From contig JBAZKC010000003.1 in the NCBI GenBank assembly GCA_041651035.1, positions 5,153-69,152 of the forward strand: a stretch of DNA of 64,000 nt, in the 5' to 3' direction. The DNA comes from Candidatus Omnitrophota bacterium. Its GTDB lineage: Bacteria > Omnitrophota > Gorgyraeia > Gygaellales > Profunditerraquicolaceae. How positions within the stretch are numbered: the stretch's first letter is position 1; every line of letters starts with the position of its first letter. The notes beneath the pieces were generated by a model. That model ran no database searches. It was not told the origin of the DNA and was given only the letters and a program-made list of their open reading frames with translations. The position numbers and the translations under genes were made by a program. Positions 46,254 through 56,652 of the stretch are shown piece by piece.

Positions 46254-48262
46254 AAGATAAAAATTTAGTTATAGTTGAGTCGCCTACAAAAGCCAAGACT
46301 ATAGGCAGGATCCTGGGGAGTGAGTTTACGGTAGTTTCTTCCATGGGCCATATCATTGACCTGCCCAAAAAAGAATTGGGAGTGGATATTGAAAACGGCT
46401 TTGAGCCGAAATATATAATCATTTCGGGAAGGCAGAAGGTTTTAAAAGCCATGAAAGCGGGATTAAAAGAGAAGGCCAATGTTTATATCGCTACCGACCC
46501 TGACAGGGAAGGCGAAGCTATCGGCTGGCAGATAAAAGAGCGTATCCTGAAAAATAAGAATATTTTCCGGGTAGTCTTCCATGAGATAACTCCCGCGGCG
46601 ATAAATGAGGCATTTAATAATCCCCGTGATTTTGACGTTAAGATGGTAGAGGCCCAGGTCGGCCGCCGTATCTTAGACAGGATCGTGGGTTATTTCTTAA
46701 GCCCTTTATTATGGAAAAAGATAGGCAGGGGTTTAAGCGCCGGCAGGGTGCAGTCTGTGGCCCTAAGGCTGATCACGGATAGAGAAAGGGAGATCCAGAA
46801 ATTCATAGCGCAGGAGTATTGGGAGATCGAGGCGCTTCTTTCTAAGGATAAGCAGGAGGCGGCCTTTAAGGCGGAGTTAGCAAAGATAGAAGATAAAAAA
46901 GCGCAGATAGATAACCAGCAGCAAGCTGATGATATCGTCAAGGACTTAAAAGATAAGGAATTTAAAGTCGTTGAGATAAAGAAGGCCGAGAAAAAACGGT
47001 ATGCCCTGTCTCCTTTTATTACCAGCACGCTACAGCAGGAAGCGTTTAATAAATTAAGGTTTAGCGCCACCAAGACCATGATCATCGCGCAGCAGCTTTA
47101 TGAAGGTATAGATATAGGAGGCGATAATCCCGTGGGCTTGATCACTTATATGCGCACCGATTCTCCGCGTTCCGCGCCTGAGGCGATAAAAGAAGTAAGG
47201 AGCCATATCGTTGATAATTTCGGCAAGAATTATTTGCCTGAATCGCCTAATGTCTATAAAGTAAAAAAACTGGCGCAGGAGGCGCATGAAGCTATAAGGC
47301 CGAGCTCGGTTTCCAATTCTCCGGAAAGCATAAAGAGCTTTTTAAGCGAGGACCAGCTTAAGCTGTACGAGCTTATCTATAACCGTTTAGTAGCCAGCCA
47401 GATGGCTCCCGCTGTTTCTTTGGTAACTACGGCCAATATTAAGGCGGGAAAGTATCTGTTTACGGTTTCGGGAAGCACCTTGCTTTTTGACGGGTTTATG
47501 GCCGTATACAAAAAGAACAATGATGAGCAAGAGGAGAAGAATATAATTCCCATCTTGGAAAAAGAAGAGGTCCTGCGTTTAGCAGGGCTATCGCCCACGC
47601 AGCATTTTACCAAGCCGCCGCCCAGGTTTTCAGACAGCTCCCTGGTTAAGGCGCTGGAAGAAGATGGTATTGGCAGGCCTTCTACTTACGCGCCTATAAT
47701 TTACACGCTTATCCTGCGTAACTATGTGCGCCGCGAGAAGGGGTATTTTAAACCTACGGAATTAGGATTCATGGTCTGCGATATGCTGGTGGAATATTTC
47801 CCCAAGATCATGGATATAAAGTTTACCGCCGCTATGGAAGAAGAACTTGATGATATTGAAGAGGGCCGGTTTGATAAAACAAAAGTATTGGAAGATTTCT
47901 ACGGCCCTTTCAAAGAAAGCCTGGATTTTGCCCAGGCCAATATCAAGAAAGAAGTGATCGCTACCGGCGATATTTGCGATAAGTGCGGCAAGCCCATGAT
48001 CATCAAATGGGGCAGCCGCGGAAAATTCTTAAGCTGCTCGGATTTTCCGAAATGCAAGAACTCCCGGTCTATCACCTCGGGAGTTAAATGCCCTGAACCC
48101 GGATGCGGGGGGGAATTGATAGAGCGTCGTTCAAAACGGGGATTCTTCTACGGCTGTTCCAACTTTCCCAAATGTAAGTTTACGTCCAGCACCCTGCCTC
48201 AAGATGCCAAAGGGGCCGCCCCCGAAGCCCAGGATGAAAAAGGGGCTGTCTCTGAAACGTAG
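46250..48262 (+). CDS. topA: DNA topoisomerase I with C-terminal zinc ribbons
   Basis: LVIVESPTKAKTIGRILG TOPRIM start; C-terminal CDKCGKPM…C…C…CPEPGCGG zinc ribbons. Confidence 0.9.
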   Translation: MKDKNLVIVESPTKAKTIGRILGSEFTVVSSMGHIIDLPKKELGVDIENGFEPKYIIISGRQKVLKAMKAGLKEKANVYIATDPDREGEAIGWQIKERILKNKNIFRVVFHEITPAAINEAFNNPRDFDVKMVEAQVGRRILDRIVGYFLSPLLWKKIGRGLSAGRVQSVALRLITDREREIQKFIAQEYWEIEALLSKDKQEAAFKAELAKIEDKKAQIDNQQQADDIVKDLKDKEFKVVEIKKAEKKRYALSPFITSTLQQEAFNKLRFSATKTMIIAQQLYEGIDIGGDNPVGLITYMRTDSPRSAPEAIKEVRSHIVDNFGKNYLPESPNVYKVKKLAQEAHEAIRPSSVSNSPESIKSFLSEDQLKLYELIYNRLVASQMAPAVSLVTTANIKAGKYLFTVSGSTLLFDGFMAVYKKNNDEQEEKNIIPILEKEEVLRLAGLSPTQHFTKPPPRFSDSSLVKALEEDGIGRPSTYAPIIYTLILRNYVRREKGYFKPTELGFMVCDMLVEYFPKIMDIKFTAAMEEELDDIEEGRFDKTKVLEDFYGPFKESLDFAQANIKKEVIATGDICDKCGKPMIIKWGSRGKFLSCSDFPKCKNSRSITSGVKCPEPGCGGELIERRSKRGFFYGCSNFPKCKFTSSTLPQDAKGAAPEAQDEKGAVSET

Positions 48263-48267
48263 TTTTT

Positions 48268-49137
48268 ATGGAAAAGTATATAGAGAAATTTATACGTTAC
48301 CTGGAGGTTGAAAAGAATTACTCCCAGCATACGGTCCTGAATTACCGCCTGGATCTGGAAGATTTCCGGAAATTCCTAGGCGAAACCGCGTTAGAGAAAG
48401 TAGATTATCTTACCTTGAGGAAATTTCTGGTAGTTTTAAAAGAGAAGAATTTGGGTTCCAGGACTGTCGGCCGCAAGCTTTCTACCTTGCGCAGTTTTTT
48501 CAGATTTCTTACCCGCGAAGGTTATTTAAAGGCTAACCCCATACTTATAATTTCCAGCCCAAAACTCGATAAACACCTGCCTGATTTTATGACGGAAGAG
48601 GAGACTGCTAAATTAATTGAATCAGCATCTCCTAAAGATGAGTCAGACGAGCTGGGTTTACGCAACAAAGCGATCCTGGAGACGTTTTACTCAACCGGTA
48701 TGAGGATCTCGGAGCTGGTCGGAGCAAGTTTAGAGGATGTTGATTTTATCAGCGGTATTGTTAAGGTAATGGGTAAGGGTAAGAAGGAGCGGATAGTGCC
48801 TATTGGAGAAACCGCGATTAAGGCTATAAGGAAATATCTGGATAAAAGGAGTAAGCAATCCCAGGCGTTATTTTTAAACAAGAACGGCAAGCGTATTACC
48901 GCCAGAGGCGTGCGCGGTATGGTAGATAAATACATACATATTATCGGTATGAGGCAGGGAATTTCGCCGCATACATTAAGGCACAGCTTTGCCACGCATC
49001 TTTTAAACCGCGGGGCGGACCTTAGGACCGTCCAGGAATTACTGGGGCACGCGAATCTCTCTACTACGCAGATATATACTCATCTTACTACTGAGAAGTT
49101 GAAGAGCGTCTATGATAAGGCTCATCCGCGGGCATAG
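48268..49137 (+). CDS. Tyrosine site-specific recombinase (XerC/XerD family)
   Basis: N-terminal SAM-like LEVEKNYSQHTVLNYRLDLEDF; catalytic R…HTLRHSFATHLL…TQIYTH. Confidence 0.8.
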   Translation: MEKYIEKFIRYLEVEKNYSQHTVLNYRLDLEDFRKFLGETALEKVDYLTLRKFLVVLKEKNLGSRTVGRKLSTLRSFFRFLTREGYLKANPILIISSPKLDKHLPDFMTEEETAKLIESASPKDESDELGLRNKAILETFYSTGMRISELVGASLEDVDFISGIVKVMGKGKKERIVPIGETAIKAIRKYLDKRSKQSQALFLNKNGKRITARGVRGMVDKYIHIIGMRQGISPHTLRHSFATHLLNRGADLRTVQELLGHANLSTTQIYTHLTTEKLKSVYDKAHPRA

Positions 49138-49171
49138 TTTAGCAGGCAGGGGTTAGGAGTTTCTAAATAAA

Positions 49172-50461
49172 ATGTTTATAATATACGATCTGATATTTTT
49201 GGCCCTCTTGTTGGTCTATCTTCCGGTGTATCTATTAAAGGGTAAATTCCATAAGGACTTTTGGGAGCGGTTAGGATTTTTGCCTAAAGGATTAAACGCC
49301 AAGGGTTCCATCTGGGTGCACGCGGTAAGCGTGGGGGAAGTGATGGCGATAAGGGGCCTCATAGAAGAATTAAGAAAGATTTACCCGGATAAGAAATTCA
49401 TAATCTCTACCGTAACCGTAACCGGCAATAAAATTGCCCGGGGTATCGCTAAGGAAGGCGACTTTGTAACCTATCTTCCCCTTGATCTAAGTTTCATCGT
49501 AAGGCGCGTAATAGAGAGGGCCAGGCCCGCGTTATTCATCATCGCGGAAACCGAGATCTGGCCGAGCCTCATAACCTGTCTTTATAAAAGAAATATTCCT
49601 ATTATCACAGTAAACGGCAGGGTATCTGACGCTTCTTTCAGAGGGTACTTGAGCATAAAATTCCTGCTTAAGCCTATTTTAAATAAGATCAGTCTTTTTT
49701 GTGTGCAGTCTGAGCGGGACGCGGGAAGATTAACGCGCCTGGGGGTTCCTGAAGAGAAGATCCGCGTAACCGGTAATATGAAGTTTGATACACAGGATTA
49801 TCCGGACGGGGCCCAGGCCAACGCGGATTATAGATTGAAATTGGGACTGGCTCCAGAAGACAAGCTTCTTGTGGCAGGTTCCACCCACGACGGAGAAGAA
49901 GAAGAGGTTTTAGAAGTTTATAAAGGGCTGCAAAAAAGTTTTCCTCATTTAAAGCTTCTTATCGCCCCCAGGCATCCGGAGAGAAGCAAGGCTGTCGCGC
50001 AGGTAATATCGAAATTTGGATTCCGCAGCGCCTTTATTTCCAGTTCACCGCTTACTTGTTCCACCTGTATTACTGATCCGGTGTTTGTCCTTGATGAAGT
50101 AGGTAAACTGGTCTCTTTTTATGCCGCATCAGATATTGTTTTTGTGGGCGGCAGCCTGATAAAAAAAGGCGGGCATAATATCCTGGAGCCGGCCAGTTTA
50201 TCCAAACCGATATTATTTGGGCCGCATATGTTTAATTTCCGCGACATCGCCGATCTATTCTTAAACAACAGGGCCGCTATCGCAGTCCGCGATAAAGCAG
50301 GCTTAGAGGAAAGCATGGCGGGTTTGTTAAATGACCCTTTACGGGCAGCCGAATTAGGCAAGCGCGCCAGGCAGCTTATTACGCAAAACCGGGGCGCGAC
50401 TAAAAGGAACGCGGAATATATAAAGGCCGTTTACAGCCTGCCTTGCGGCAGGTCTACCTGA
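49172..50461 (+). CDS. waaA: 3-deoxy-D-manno-octulosonic acid (Kdo) transferase
   Basis: IWVHAVSVGEV…ISTVTVTG…LVAGSTH pattern, 429 aa. Confidence 0.8.
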   Translation: MFIIYDLIFLALLLVYLPVYLLKGKFHKDFWERLGFLPKGLNAKGSIWVHAVSVGEVMAIRGLIEELRKIYPDKKFIISTVTVTGNKIARGIAKEGDFVTYLPLDLSFIVRRVIERARPALFIIAETEIWPSLITCLYKRNIPIITVNGRVSDASFRGYLSIKFLLKPILNKISLFCVQSERDAGRLTRLGVPEEKIRVTGNMKFDTQDYPDGAQANADYRLKLGLAPEDKLLVAGSTHDGEEEEVLEVYKGLQKSFPHLKLLIAPRHPERSKAVAQVISKFGFRSAFISSSPLTCSTCITDPVFVLDEVGKLVSFYAASDIVFVGGSLIKKGGHNILEPASLSKPILFGPHMFNFRDIADLFLNNRAAIAVRDKAGLEESMAGLLNDPLRAAELGKRARQLITQNRGATKRNAEYIKAVYSLPCGRST

Positions 50462-50463
50462 AT

Positions 50464-51183
50464 ATGGAAATCAAAATAAGGCAGGAGAATAACGTTATTG
50501 TATTGGATCTGTCCGGGCGCATTGATGTGGATTCCGCCAATTTGGTAGAAGTTATAGGCCAGTGTGTGCACGACGGTTACCGCGACATCCTCTGTAATTT
50601 TGAAGAGGTCGATTTTATAGACTATATGGGTATCTCGGTAATAGTTATCGCTTATAAAGAAGTGATCAACAATAAAGGCCGGTTGAAGTTTGTTAATATT
50701 CCCGCGCATGTCAGGGGGGCATTTTCCGTTTCCGGGCTGGACAAGACCATTGAGATCTGCGCTACGGAAGACTTGGCAATAAATAGTTTTCAGGAAGATA
50801 AAATTATCGAAGATATCAAGAAAATGCAATTGCGGCGCAGGTTTAAACGTCTGCCTATTGACATAAAAGCGGAATTAAGGGCAAAATTTGATAAAAGCAC
50901 AACCTGCCTGAAGATAGATATTTTAAATTTAAGCGCGATAGGCGCTTTCGTATTCGGCTGCAGTCAATTTAAGTTGGATGATGAGGTTGTCTTGAGGCTT
51001 AAGCTGCCGCCTAAATCCGAAGAAATAGAATTAGAGGCAAAGGTGGTCTGGCTGCCTGACAAGCAGGTACAGCCTCATTTTTATCCCGGCGTAGGGGTGG
51101 AATTTCACAATGTCCCTGTGCCTGTCCAGCAGAAACTAGTGGAGTTTGTAGAAAGAAATCTGTCTTTTATGTCCGCGGACTAG
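50464..51183 (+). CDS. STAS (anti-sigma-factor antagonist-like) plus PilZ-like domain protein
   Basis: MEIKIRQENNVIVLDLSGRIDVDSANLV (STAS); C-terminal RRRFKRLPIDIKAE… PilZ-like; start at 50464 after the waaA stop (the track ORF starts at 50443). Confidence 0.5.
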   Translation: MEIKIRQENNVIVLDLSGRIDVDSANLVEVIGQCVHDGYRDILCNFEEVDFIDYMGISVIVIAYKEVINNKGRLKFVNIPAHVRGAFSVSGLDKTIEICATEDLAINSFQEDKIIEDIKKMQLRRRFKRLPIDIKAELRAKFDKSTTCLKIDILNLSAIGAFVFGCSQFKLDDEVVLRLKLPPKSEEIELEAKVVWLPDKQVQPHFYPGVGVEFHNVPVPVQQKLVEFVERNLSFMSAD

Positions 51184-51306
51184 CCGCATCCAAAACCTGT
51201 TGCTTCAAACTCGCCATTATGATAAAATAATTATTCTAAGTATTTGTTCTTATTAAAGTTTTACGCCAAAAGCAAATAGGCAATCTGCATTGCTACGGAG
51301 GAAAAA

Positions 51307-51579
51307 ATGGATTGGAAAATCTTCTTTATGGCGTTTGGAGCGGTATTCTTGGCGGAATTAGCGGATAAGACGCAATTAGTAGGTTTAGGATTGTCTTCTA
51401 AGACAGGAAGGCCTTTAGCGGTCTGGCTTGGTTCGGTATCCGCTTATATAGTTATTACCGCCATTACGGTCTTGGTTGGGGCGGCGTTAGGTAAATACAT
51501 TAAACCTGAAGTCATCAGGTATTCGGGAGCGGCTTTGTTCATAATCATCGGTTTATTGATGCTGCTTAAACTTATTTAG
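51307..51579 (+). CDS. UPF0016 (GDT1/TMEM165-like) half-size membrane protein
   Basis: FLAELADKTQL resembles the E-x-G-D-K-T motif; 90 aa, 3 TM. Confidence 0.5.
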   Translation: MDWKIFFMAFGAVFLAELADKTQLVGLGLSSKTGRPLAVWLGSVSAYIVITAITVLVGAALGKYIKPEVIRYSGAALFIIIGLLMLLKLI

Positions 51580-51582
51580 TAT

Positions 51583-52641
51583 ATGAGAGAATATCTATAT
51601 GGCCTGGCTACTGATAGGACAGCAGGATTTACCGCGGGGATAATCAAGGTTTTTTTGTTCGCGCTTTCTCTTATATACGGTTTAGCAGTCAGGGCCTTGT
51701 ATTTCTTTAACCGGTTTTTACTCCGCCGGCTGAATTGCACAGTTATCAGTGTGGGTAATATCACCTTAGGCGGCACAGGCAAGACCTCGCTTGTGGAATA
51801 TATCGCCGGGTATTTAAAACAGCATGGCCATAGCGTAGCCATATTGACCAGAGGCTATAAAAGAAAGGCCAAGGATCAGGGCGAGGGGGCTCTCAGTTGC
51901 GAGAATATGGGCGATGAACCGTATATGCTGCAGATGAATTTAAAAGATGTGCCGATAGTCGTAGGAGCTGACAGGGTGAGTTCCGGCAGGCAGGCGATAG
52001 GCGATTACGGGGCAGATACGGTTGTTTTGGATGACGGTATGCAGCAGTGGAGGATAAAGAAAGACTTAGAAATTGTGACTATAGATGCCGTCAATCCTTT
52101 TGGCAACCGGCAGATGATACCCAGGGGGATCTTGCGTGAGCCTGTTTCTTCTCTTAAGCGGGCGGATGTGTTTGTGCTGACTAAAACAAACCTTAACGCG
52201 GATACAAATTATATAAAAGACACCTTAAGTAAATTAAATCCTTCGGCGGTAATCGTAGAATCAATTCATAAGCCGTTAGGTTTTTATAGTATTGATAAGC
52301 CGGAAGGCTTACTTGATACCGCGCTCTTAAAAGGGAAAACCGTAACTTTGTTCTCCGGTATCGGTGATCCGGATTCGTTTGAGAATTTGATCCGCGGGCT
52401 CGGTATTAATGCCGGTTTATCCTTTAAGTTCCCGGACCACCATAATTATACCCTGCAGGATTTAGATAAGATCATAAAAAGTTCCCGGGATAAGAATATA
52501 GATACGATCATTACCACGCAGAAAGACGCTGCCAGGCTTTACGCGCCAGGCGCTTTACGCTTTTTAGTATTACGTATCGGTATGGTAATTAAAGATGAAC
52601 AAAGATTCCATAATAGATTACTTAAGCTGTATTCTCTTTAA
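51583..52641 (+). CDS. lpxK: Tetraacyldisaccharide 4'-kinase
   Basis: VISVGNITLGGTGKT P-loop; length and context. Confidence 0.85.
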   Translation: MREYLYGLATDRTAGFTAGIIKVFLFALSLIYGLAVRALYFFNRFLLRRLNCTVISVGNITLGGTGKTSLVEYIAGYLKQHGHSVAILTRGYKRKAKDQGEGALSCENMGDEPYMLQMNLKDVPIVVGADRVSSGRQAIGDYGADTVVLDDGMQQWRIKKDLEIVTIDAVNPFGNRQMIPRGILREPVSSLKRADVFVLTKTNLNADTNYIKDTLSKLNPSAVIVESIHKPLGFYSIDKPEGLLDTALLKGKTVTLFSGIGDPDSFENLIRGLGINAGLSFKFPDHHNYTLQDLDKIIKSSRDKNIDTIITTQKDAARLYAPGALRFLVLRIGMVIKDEQRFHNRLLKLYSL

Positions 52642-54544
52642 GGCAGTAGGTTTTATTATCAGGCTACCGCCTAAGGGTTTCAGCCTTTTTTTAGGCAGAA
52701 GGCTGGGCGGGCTTTTTTACCGTCTTAACGCAAAACAGAGACGCGTTGCCTATTCTAATATAAAGACCGCCTTCGGCAGCAAATTATCGCCCCGCCAGAT
52801 AAGCGGCCTCACGCGTGAATTCTACCGCGCCTTCGGCCAGAGTTTTATTGAGATATTTTTTATCCCTGTTGTTGATAGGGCCTACATGGATAAATATATA
52901 CATTTTGAGGGCTTAGAACATGTAGGCGAGGCCTTTAAAAAGGGAAAGGGCGTAATTTTCTTGGGTATGCATTCGGGAAGCTGGGAACTTTCCAATATTA
53001 TCTGCGCGAATTCAGGGTTTCCTTTTAATCTTTTTGTCCGCGACTTAAGGCATCCGCGTTTAAACAAGCTTCTTAATCAATACCGTAAGAACCGGGGCTG
53101 TAAGATAATCCAGAGAAAAAATCAACTGCGGTATTTAATAGACGCTCTTAAGAAAAACGAAGCAATAGGCATGACAGTGGATCAGGGCGGCAAGAACGGT
53201 ATGCCGGTTAAGTTCTTTGGCAAGGATGCTTCTATGGCGACAGGCGCGGTAAGGCTGAGCTTGAAATACGGTTCTGTTATCCTGCCGTCTTTTTACGCCA
53301 GGATCCGTGGGCCGCATATCCGGACCATTATCGGGGCTCCTTTTGAGGCTAAGAAGACTAAAGACCCCAAAAAGGACCTGCGCGATAATTTACAGGAGAT
53401 CGTCCGCACTTTTGAGAAAAATATTACAAAATACCCCGGGGATTATCTTTGGTCCTATAAGATATGGAAATATTCCAGGGAGCGCAGCATACTGATCATT
53501 TCCGACGGGAAAACCGGGCACTTAAGGCAGGCGCAGGCAGCAGCAGGAATAGTCAGTAGCGTTTTTAAAGAGAAGGGGATGTCTGTTAATGTCAATACAG
53601 TGGAAATAAGGCCAAAGAATATTTTTTCTAAGGCGGCATTGGCGTTTTGCAGCTGCCTGGCAGGCAAGCGCAGCTGCCAGGGCTGTCTTTGGTGCTTAAG
53701 GAAGTTTTTGCAAAAAGACGATTATAGATCGTTGATAAGTATAAAACCGGATATTATAATTTCCTGCGGCCAGGCGGCAGCGCCGGTTAACCGGATACTT
53801 TCTAAGGAGAACCTGGCTAAGTCCATAGTGGTTATGCGGCCGTCAATTTTAGGCGCCAGGAGATTTGACCTGGCGATCATCCCCAGGCACGATAATCCCC
53901 GCCGAAGGAAGAATATTGTAGTAACCTCAGGCGCGCTGAATTTGGTAGATGGGCAATATTTAAAAGAACAATCTGAAAAATTGCTTGAGGCTTTGGGCCT
54001 TAAGCTTAGCGTCTCCGGTGCCTGCATCGGGCTGTTGATCGGAGGAGATGCCAAGGGTTTCTGCCTGGATGAAGGCAGGATATCCGGAGTTATTAAACAG
54101 ATAAAATCGGTATCTGAAAAATTAGGAGCGGATATCCTGGTTACAACCTCAAGGCGCACTTCTAGGGAGGTCGAGGCCCGGCTAAAGGAAGAATTCCAGG
54201 ATTATCCCCGTTGCAAACTTCTGGTTATAGCTAATGAAAAGAATATCCCGGAAGCGGTTGGCGGGATATTGGGCCTAAGCCAGATCTTAATTGTTTCTCC
54301 TGAGAGCATATCCATGATATCTGAGGCGGCAAACAGCGGGAAGTACGTGGTGGTTTTTAACGCGGGCACGTTAGGGGCAAGGCATGAGAAGTTCCTGGAT
54401 AATTTCCTAAAAGATAAATATATACATATGTGCGAGCAAAGTGAATTAAGCGGTATTATTGAAAAGATCTGGCGGGATAAGCCGCCGGTAAATACTTCAA
54501 AAGATAATTACCTGGTTAGGGAAGCGCTAAAGAGAATACTATGA
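52595..54544 (+). CDS. Lipid A biosynthesis acyltransferase (LpxL/HtrB-like) fused to an ELM1/DUF1022-like C-terminal domain
   Basis: N-terminal half has the lauroyl/myristoyl acyltransferase pattern (FLGMHSGSWEL…); C-terminal ILIISDGKTGHLRQAQ resembles the ELM1-family SDGKxGHxNQ start. Confidence 0.55.
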   Translation: MNKDSIIDYLSCILFKAVGFIIRLPPKGFSLFLGRRLGGLFYRLNAKQRRVAYSNIKTAFGSKLSPRQISGLTREFYRAFGQSFIEIFFIPVVDRAYMDKYIHFEGLEHVGEAFKKGKGVIFLGMHSGSWELSNIICANSGFPFNLFVRDLRHPRLNKLLNQYRKNRGCKIIQRKNQLRYLIDALKKNEAIGMTVDQGGKNGMPVKFFGKDASMATGAVRLSLKYGSVILPSFYARIRGPHIRTIIGAPFEAKKTKDPKKDLRDNLQEIVRTFEKNITKYPGDYLWSYKIWKYSRERSILIISDGKTGHLRQAQAAAGIVSSVFKEKGMSVNVNTVEIRPKNIFSKAALAFCSCLAGKRSCQGCLWCLRKFLQKDDYRSLISIKPDIIISCGQAAAPVNRILSKENLAKSIVVMRPSILGARRFDLAIIPRHDNPRRRKNIVVTSGALNLVDGQYLKEQSEKLLEALGLKLSVSGACIGLLIGGDAKGFCLDEGRISGVIKQIKSVSEKLGADILVTTSRRTSREVEARLKEEFQDYPRCKLLVIANEKNIPEAVGGILGLSQILIVSPESISMISEAANSGKYVVVFNAGTLGARHEKFLDNFLKDKYIHMCEQSELSGIIEKIWRDKPPVNTSKDNYLVREALKRIL

Positions 54545-56652
54545 ATATCCTGCAGATATTGCCTGAACTTCATGTAGGCGGTGTTGAGACCGGAACGCTG
54601 GATCTGGCAAAGTATTTAGTCAGGCTGGGCCATAAAGCGGTCGTAGTCTCTAACGGAGGAGAACTGGTAAAAGAGTTAGAGTCGCATGGCGCGGTCCATT
54701 ACCAGCTGCCGGTGCATAAAAAATCGCTTTTCTCGATAATAAAGATGGTCCCGCTCTTAGCCGAGATCATTAAAAAAGAAAAAATAGATATCGTCCACGC
54801 CCGTTCCCGTGTCCCCGCCTGGGCTGCTTATTTCGCTTCCCGTAAGACCAACACAGTTTTTATCACTACCTGCCATGGCTATTATAAGAAACATCCTTTT
54901 AGCCAGGTTATGGGCTGGGCGAAAAGAGTGATCGTCTTAAGCAATGTTATCGCCCGCCATATGATCGATGATTTTGGCGTCCCCTATGAGCGGATAAGGC
55001 TGGTGCCGCGCAGCGTGGATCTGGAGAGGTTCACATATACCAGCCCGGATAAGAGGAAGAGAGAAGAATTCAACGTAGGTATTATCGGCAGGTTAACTCC
55101 CATAAAAGGCCACCTGCATTTTATCAAGGCTATGGCAAAAGTGGCCAGGTCCGTGCCGCGGATTAAGATCTGGATAGTAGGAGACGCGCCGGCTTCCCGT
55201 GAAGCGTATAAAGAAGAGATACAGGTTTTAGTCAGGAGGCTGGGGCTTTGGAATTCTACAGAATTCCTGGGCACACAGAGGAATATTCCGGAGATTTTAT
55301 CTAATTTAGACCTGCTTGTGCTTTCGACCGTTACTCAAGAGGCATTCGGCCGCGTAATTATAGAAGCGCAGGCCTCAGGCGTGCCCGTAGTGGCTACGGA
55401 GGTAGGAGGAGTAGTCGATATTATCGAGAACGGAAAGACCGGCCTGCTTGTGCCTCCGGCGGATCCTAACAGTATGGCAGGGGCGATAATAAAGATATTC
55501 AAAGATAAGGACTTAGCGCTTAGTTTAGCGGAGAATGCCTATAAAAAAGTCCAGGAAAAATATAATGTTGAGCTGATGGTGAAGAATACGCTGGATGTCT
55601 ATAAAGACGCCCTGAATAATTTTAAGATCTTGGTAATTAAATTCAGTTCTTTAGGAGATGTTATATTGTCTACGGCGGGCTTAAGGGCGATAAGAGAGAA
55701 ATTCGGCCATTCATCTCCTCCGGCGGGGGCTGACTTTAAGATAACTTTTCTTGTAGGAGAAGAATCAAAAGACGTGCTGTTAAGATGCCCGTATATAGAC
55801 GAACTCTTGGTCGCTGACCTTAAAAATAAAGATAAAGGTTTAGCCGGGCTCCTGAAGCTGGGGAAAATTATACGAAAGAAAAACTTTGATATCGTTATTG
55901 ACCTGCAGAATAACCGTAAGAGCCATTTGTTGTCTTTTTTAAGCCTTAGTACCCGCCGTTTTGGGTATGATAATAAAAAGCTAGGGTTCCTGCTGAATAA
56001 CCGTATTAAAGATGAAAAACCGCCTATCGATCCTGTAGCCCATCAGTTTAGGGTATTAAAGATGTTAGGCATAGATTCAGAAGACCGCCGTTTAGAGCTC
56101 TGGCCGACGGAGGAAGATCAGCGTTATATTGACGACTTATTGAGTTCGCAGTGGTTAAGCGCCAATCAAAAGATCGTCGGCATAAATATAGGCGCAAGCC
56201 CGAGGTGGCTGGCTAAAAGCTGGCCTCAGGCGCATATAGTAAAACTGTGCGAGGCATTGGGGCATAAAGATATACGGGTAGTGATCACCGGCACAGAAAG
56301 TGATTCGGCTAAAGGCCAGGAATTAGTGAATATGGTCAAGAACGCCAAGATTATTAATGCCTGCGGCAAGACCTCGGTTAACCAATTGGCGTCTTTGATC
56401 AAAAGATGCGCCGTATTTATTTCAGCCGATTCATCTCCTTTGCATATTGCCTCTGCCGTGGGCACGCCTTTTGTAGCGCTTTTTGGCCCGACAGACCCGC
56501 GCCGGCATCTATCCCTGGTGAAAGATTGCGTAGTGATCAATAAAGGCCTGGCCTGCGGCCCATGTTATAAGTCAAAGTGCAAGTCTAAGAAGTGTATGGA
56601 GTTGATAAGGCCCGAGGAGGTATTGGAGGCGGTAGATAAATTAATAAAATGA
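54541..56652 (+). CDS. Fused glycosyltransferase: GT4 (group 1) domain plus GT9 (heptosyltransferase-like) domain
   Basis: EAFGRVIIEAQASGVPVVATEVGG (GT4 EX7E region); second half ILVIKFSSLGDVILSTAGLRAIRE… (GT9 N-terminal signature). Confidence 0.65.
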   Translation: MNILQILPELHVGGVETGTLDLAKYLVRLGHKAVVVSNGGELVKELESHGAVHYQLPVHKKSLFSIIKMVPLLAEIIKKEKIDIVHARSRVPAWAAYFASRKTNTVFITTCHGYYKKHPFSQVMGWAKRVIVLSNVIARHMIDDFGVPYERIRLVPRSVDLERFTYTSPDKRKREEFNVGIIGRLTPIKGHLHFIKAMAKVARSVPRIKIWIVGDAPASREAYKEEIQVLVRRLGLWNSTEFLGTQRNIPEILSNLDLLVLSTVTQEAFGRVIIEAQASGVPVVATEVGGVVDIIENGKTGLLVPPADPNSMAGAIIKIFKDKDLALSLAENAYKKVQEKYNVELMVKNTLDVYKDALNNFKILVIKFSSLGDVILSTAGLRAIREKFGHSSPPAGADFKITFLVGEESKDVLLRCPYIDELLVADLKNKDKGLAGLLKLGKIIRKKNFDIVIDLQNNRKSHLLSFLSLSTRRFGYDNKKLGFLLNNRIKDEKPPIDPVAHQFRVLKMLGIDSEDRRLELWPTEEDQRYIDDLLSSQWLSANQKIVGINIGASPRWLAKSWPQAHIVKLCEALGHKDIRVVITGTESDSAKGQELVNMVKNAKIINACGKTSVNQLASLIKRCAVFISADSSPLHIASAVGTPFVALFGPTDPRRHLSLVKDCVVINKGLACGPCYKSKCKSKKCMELIRPEEVLEAVDKLIK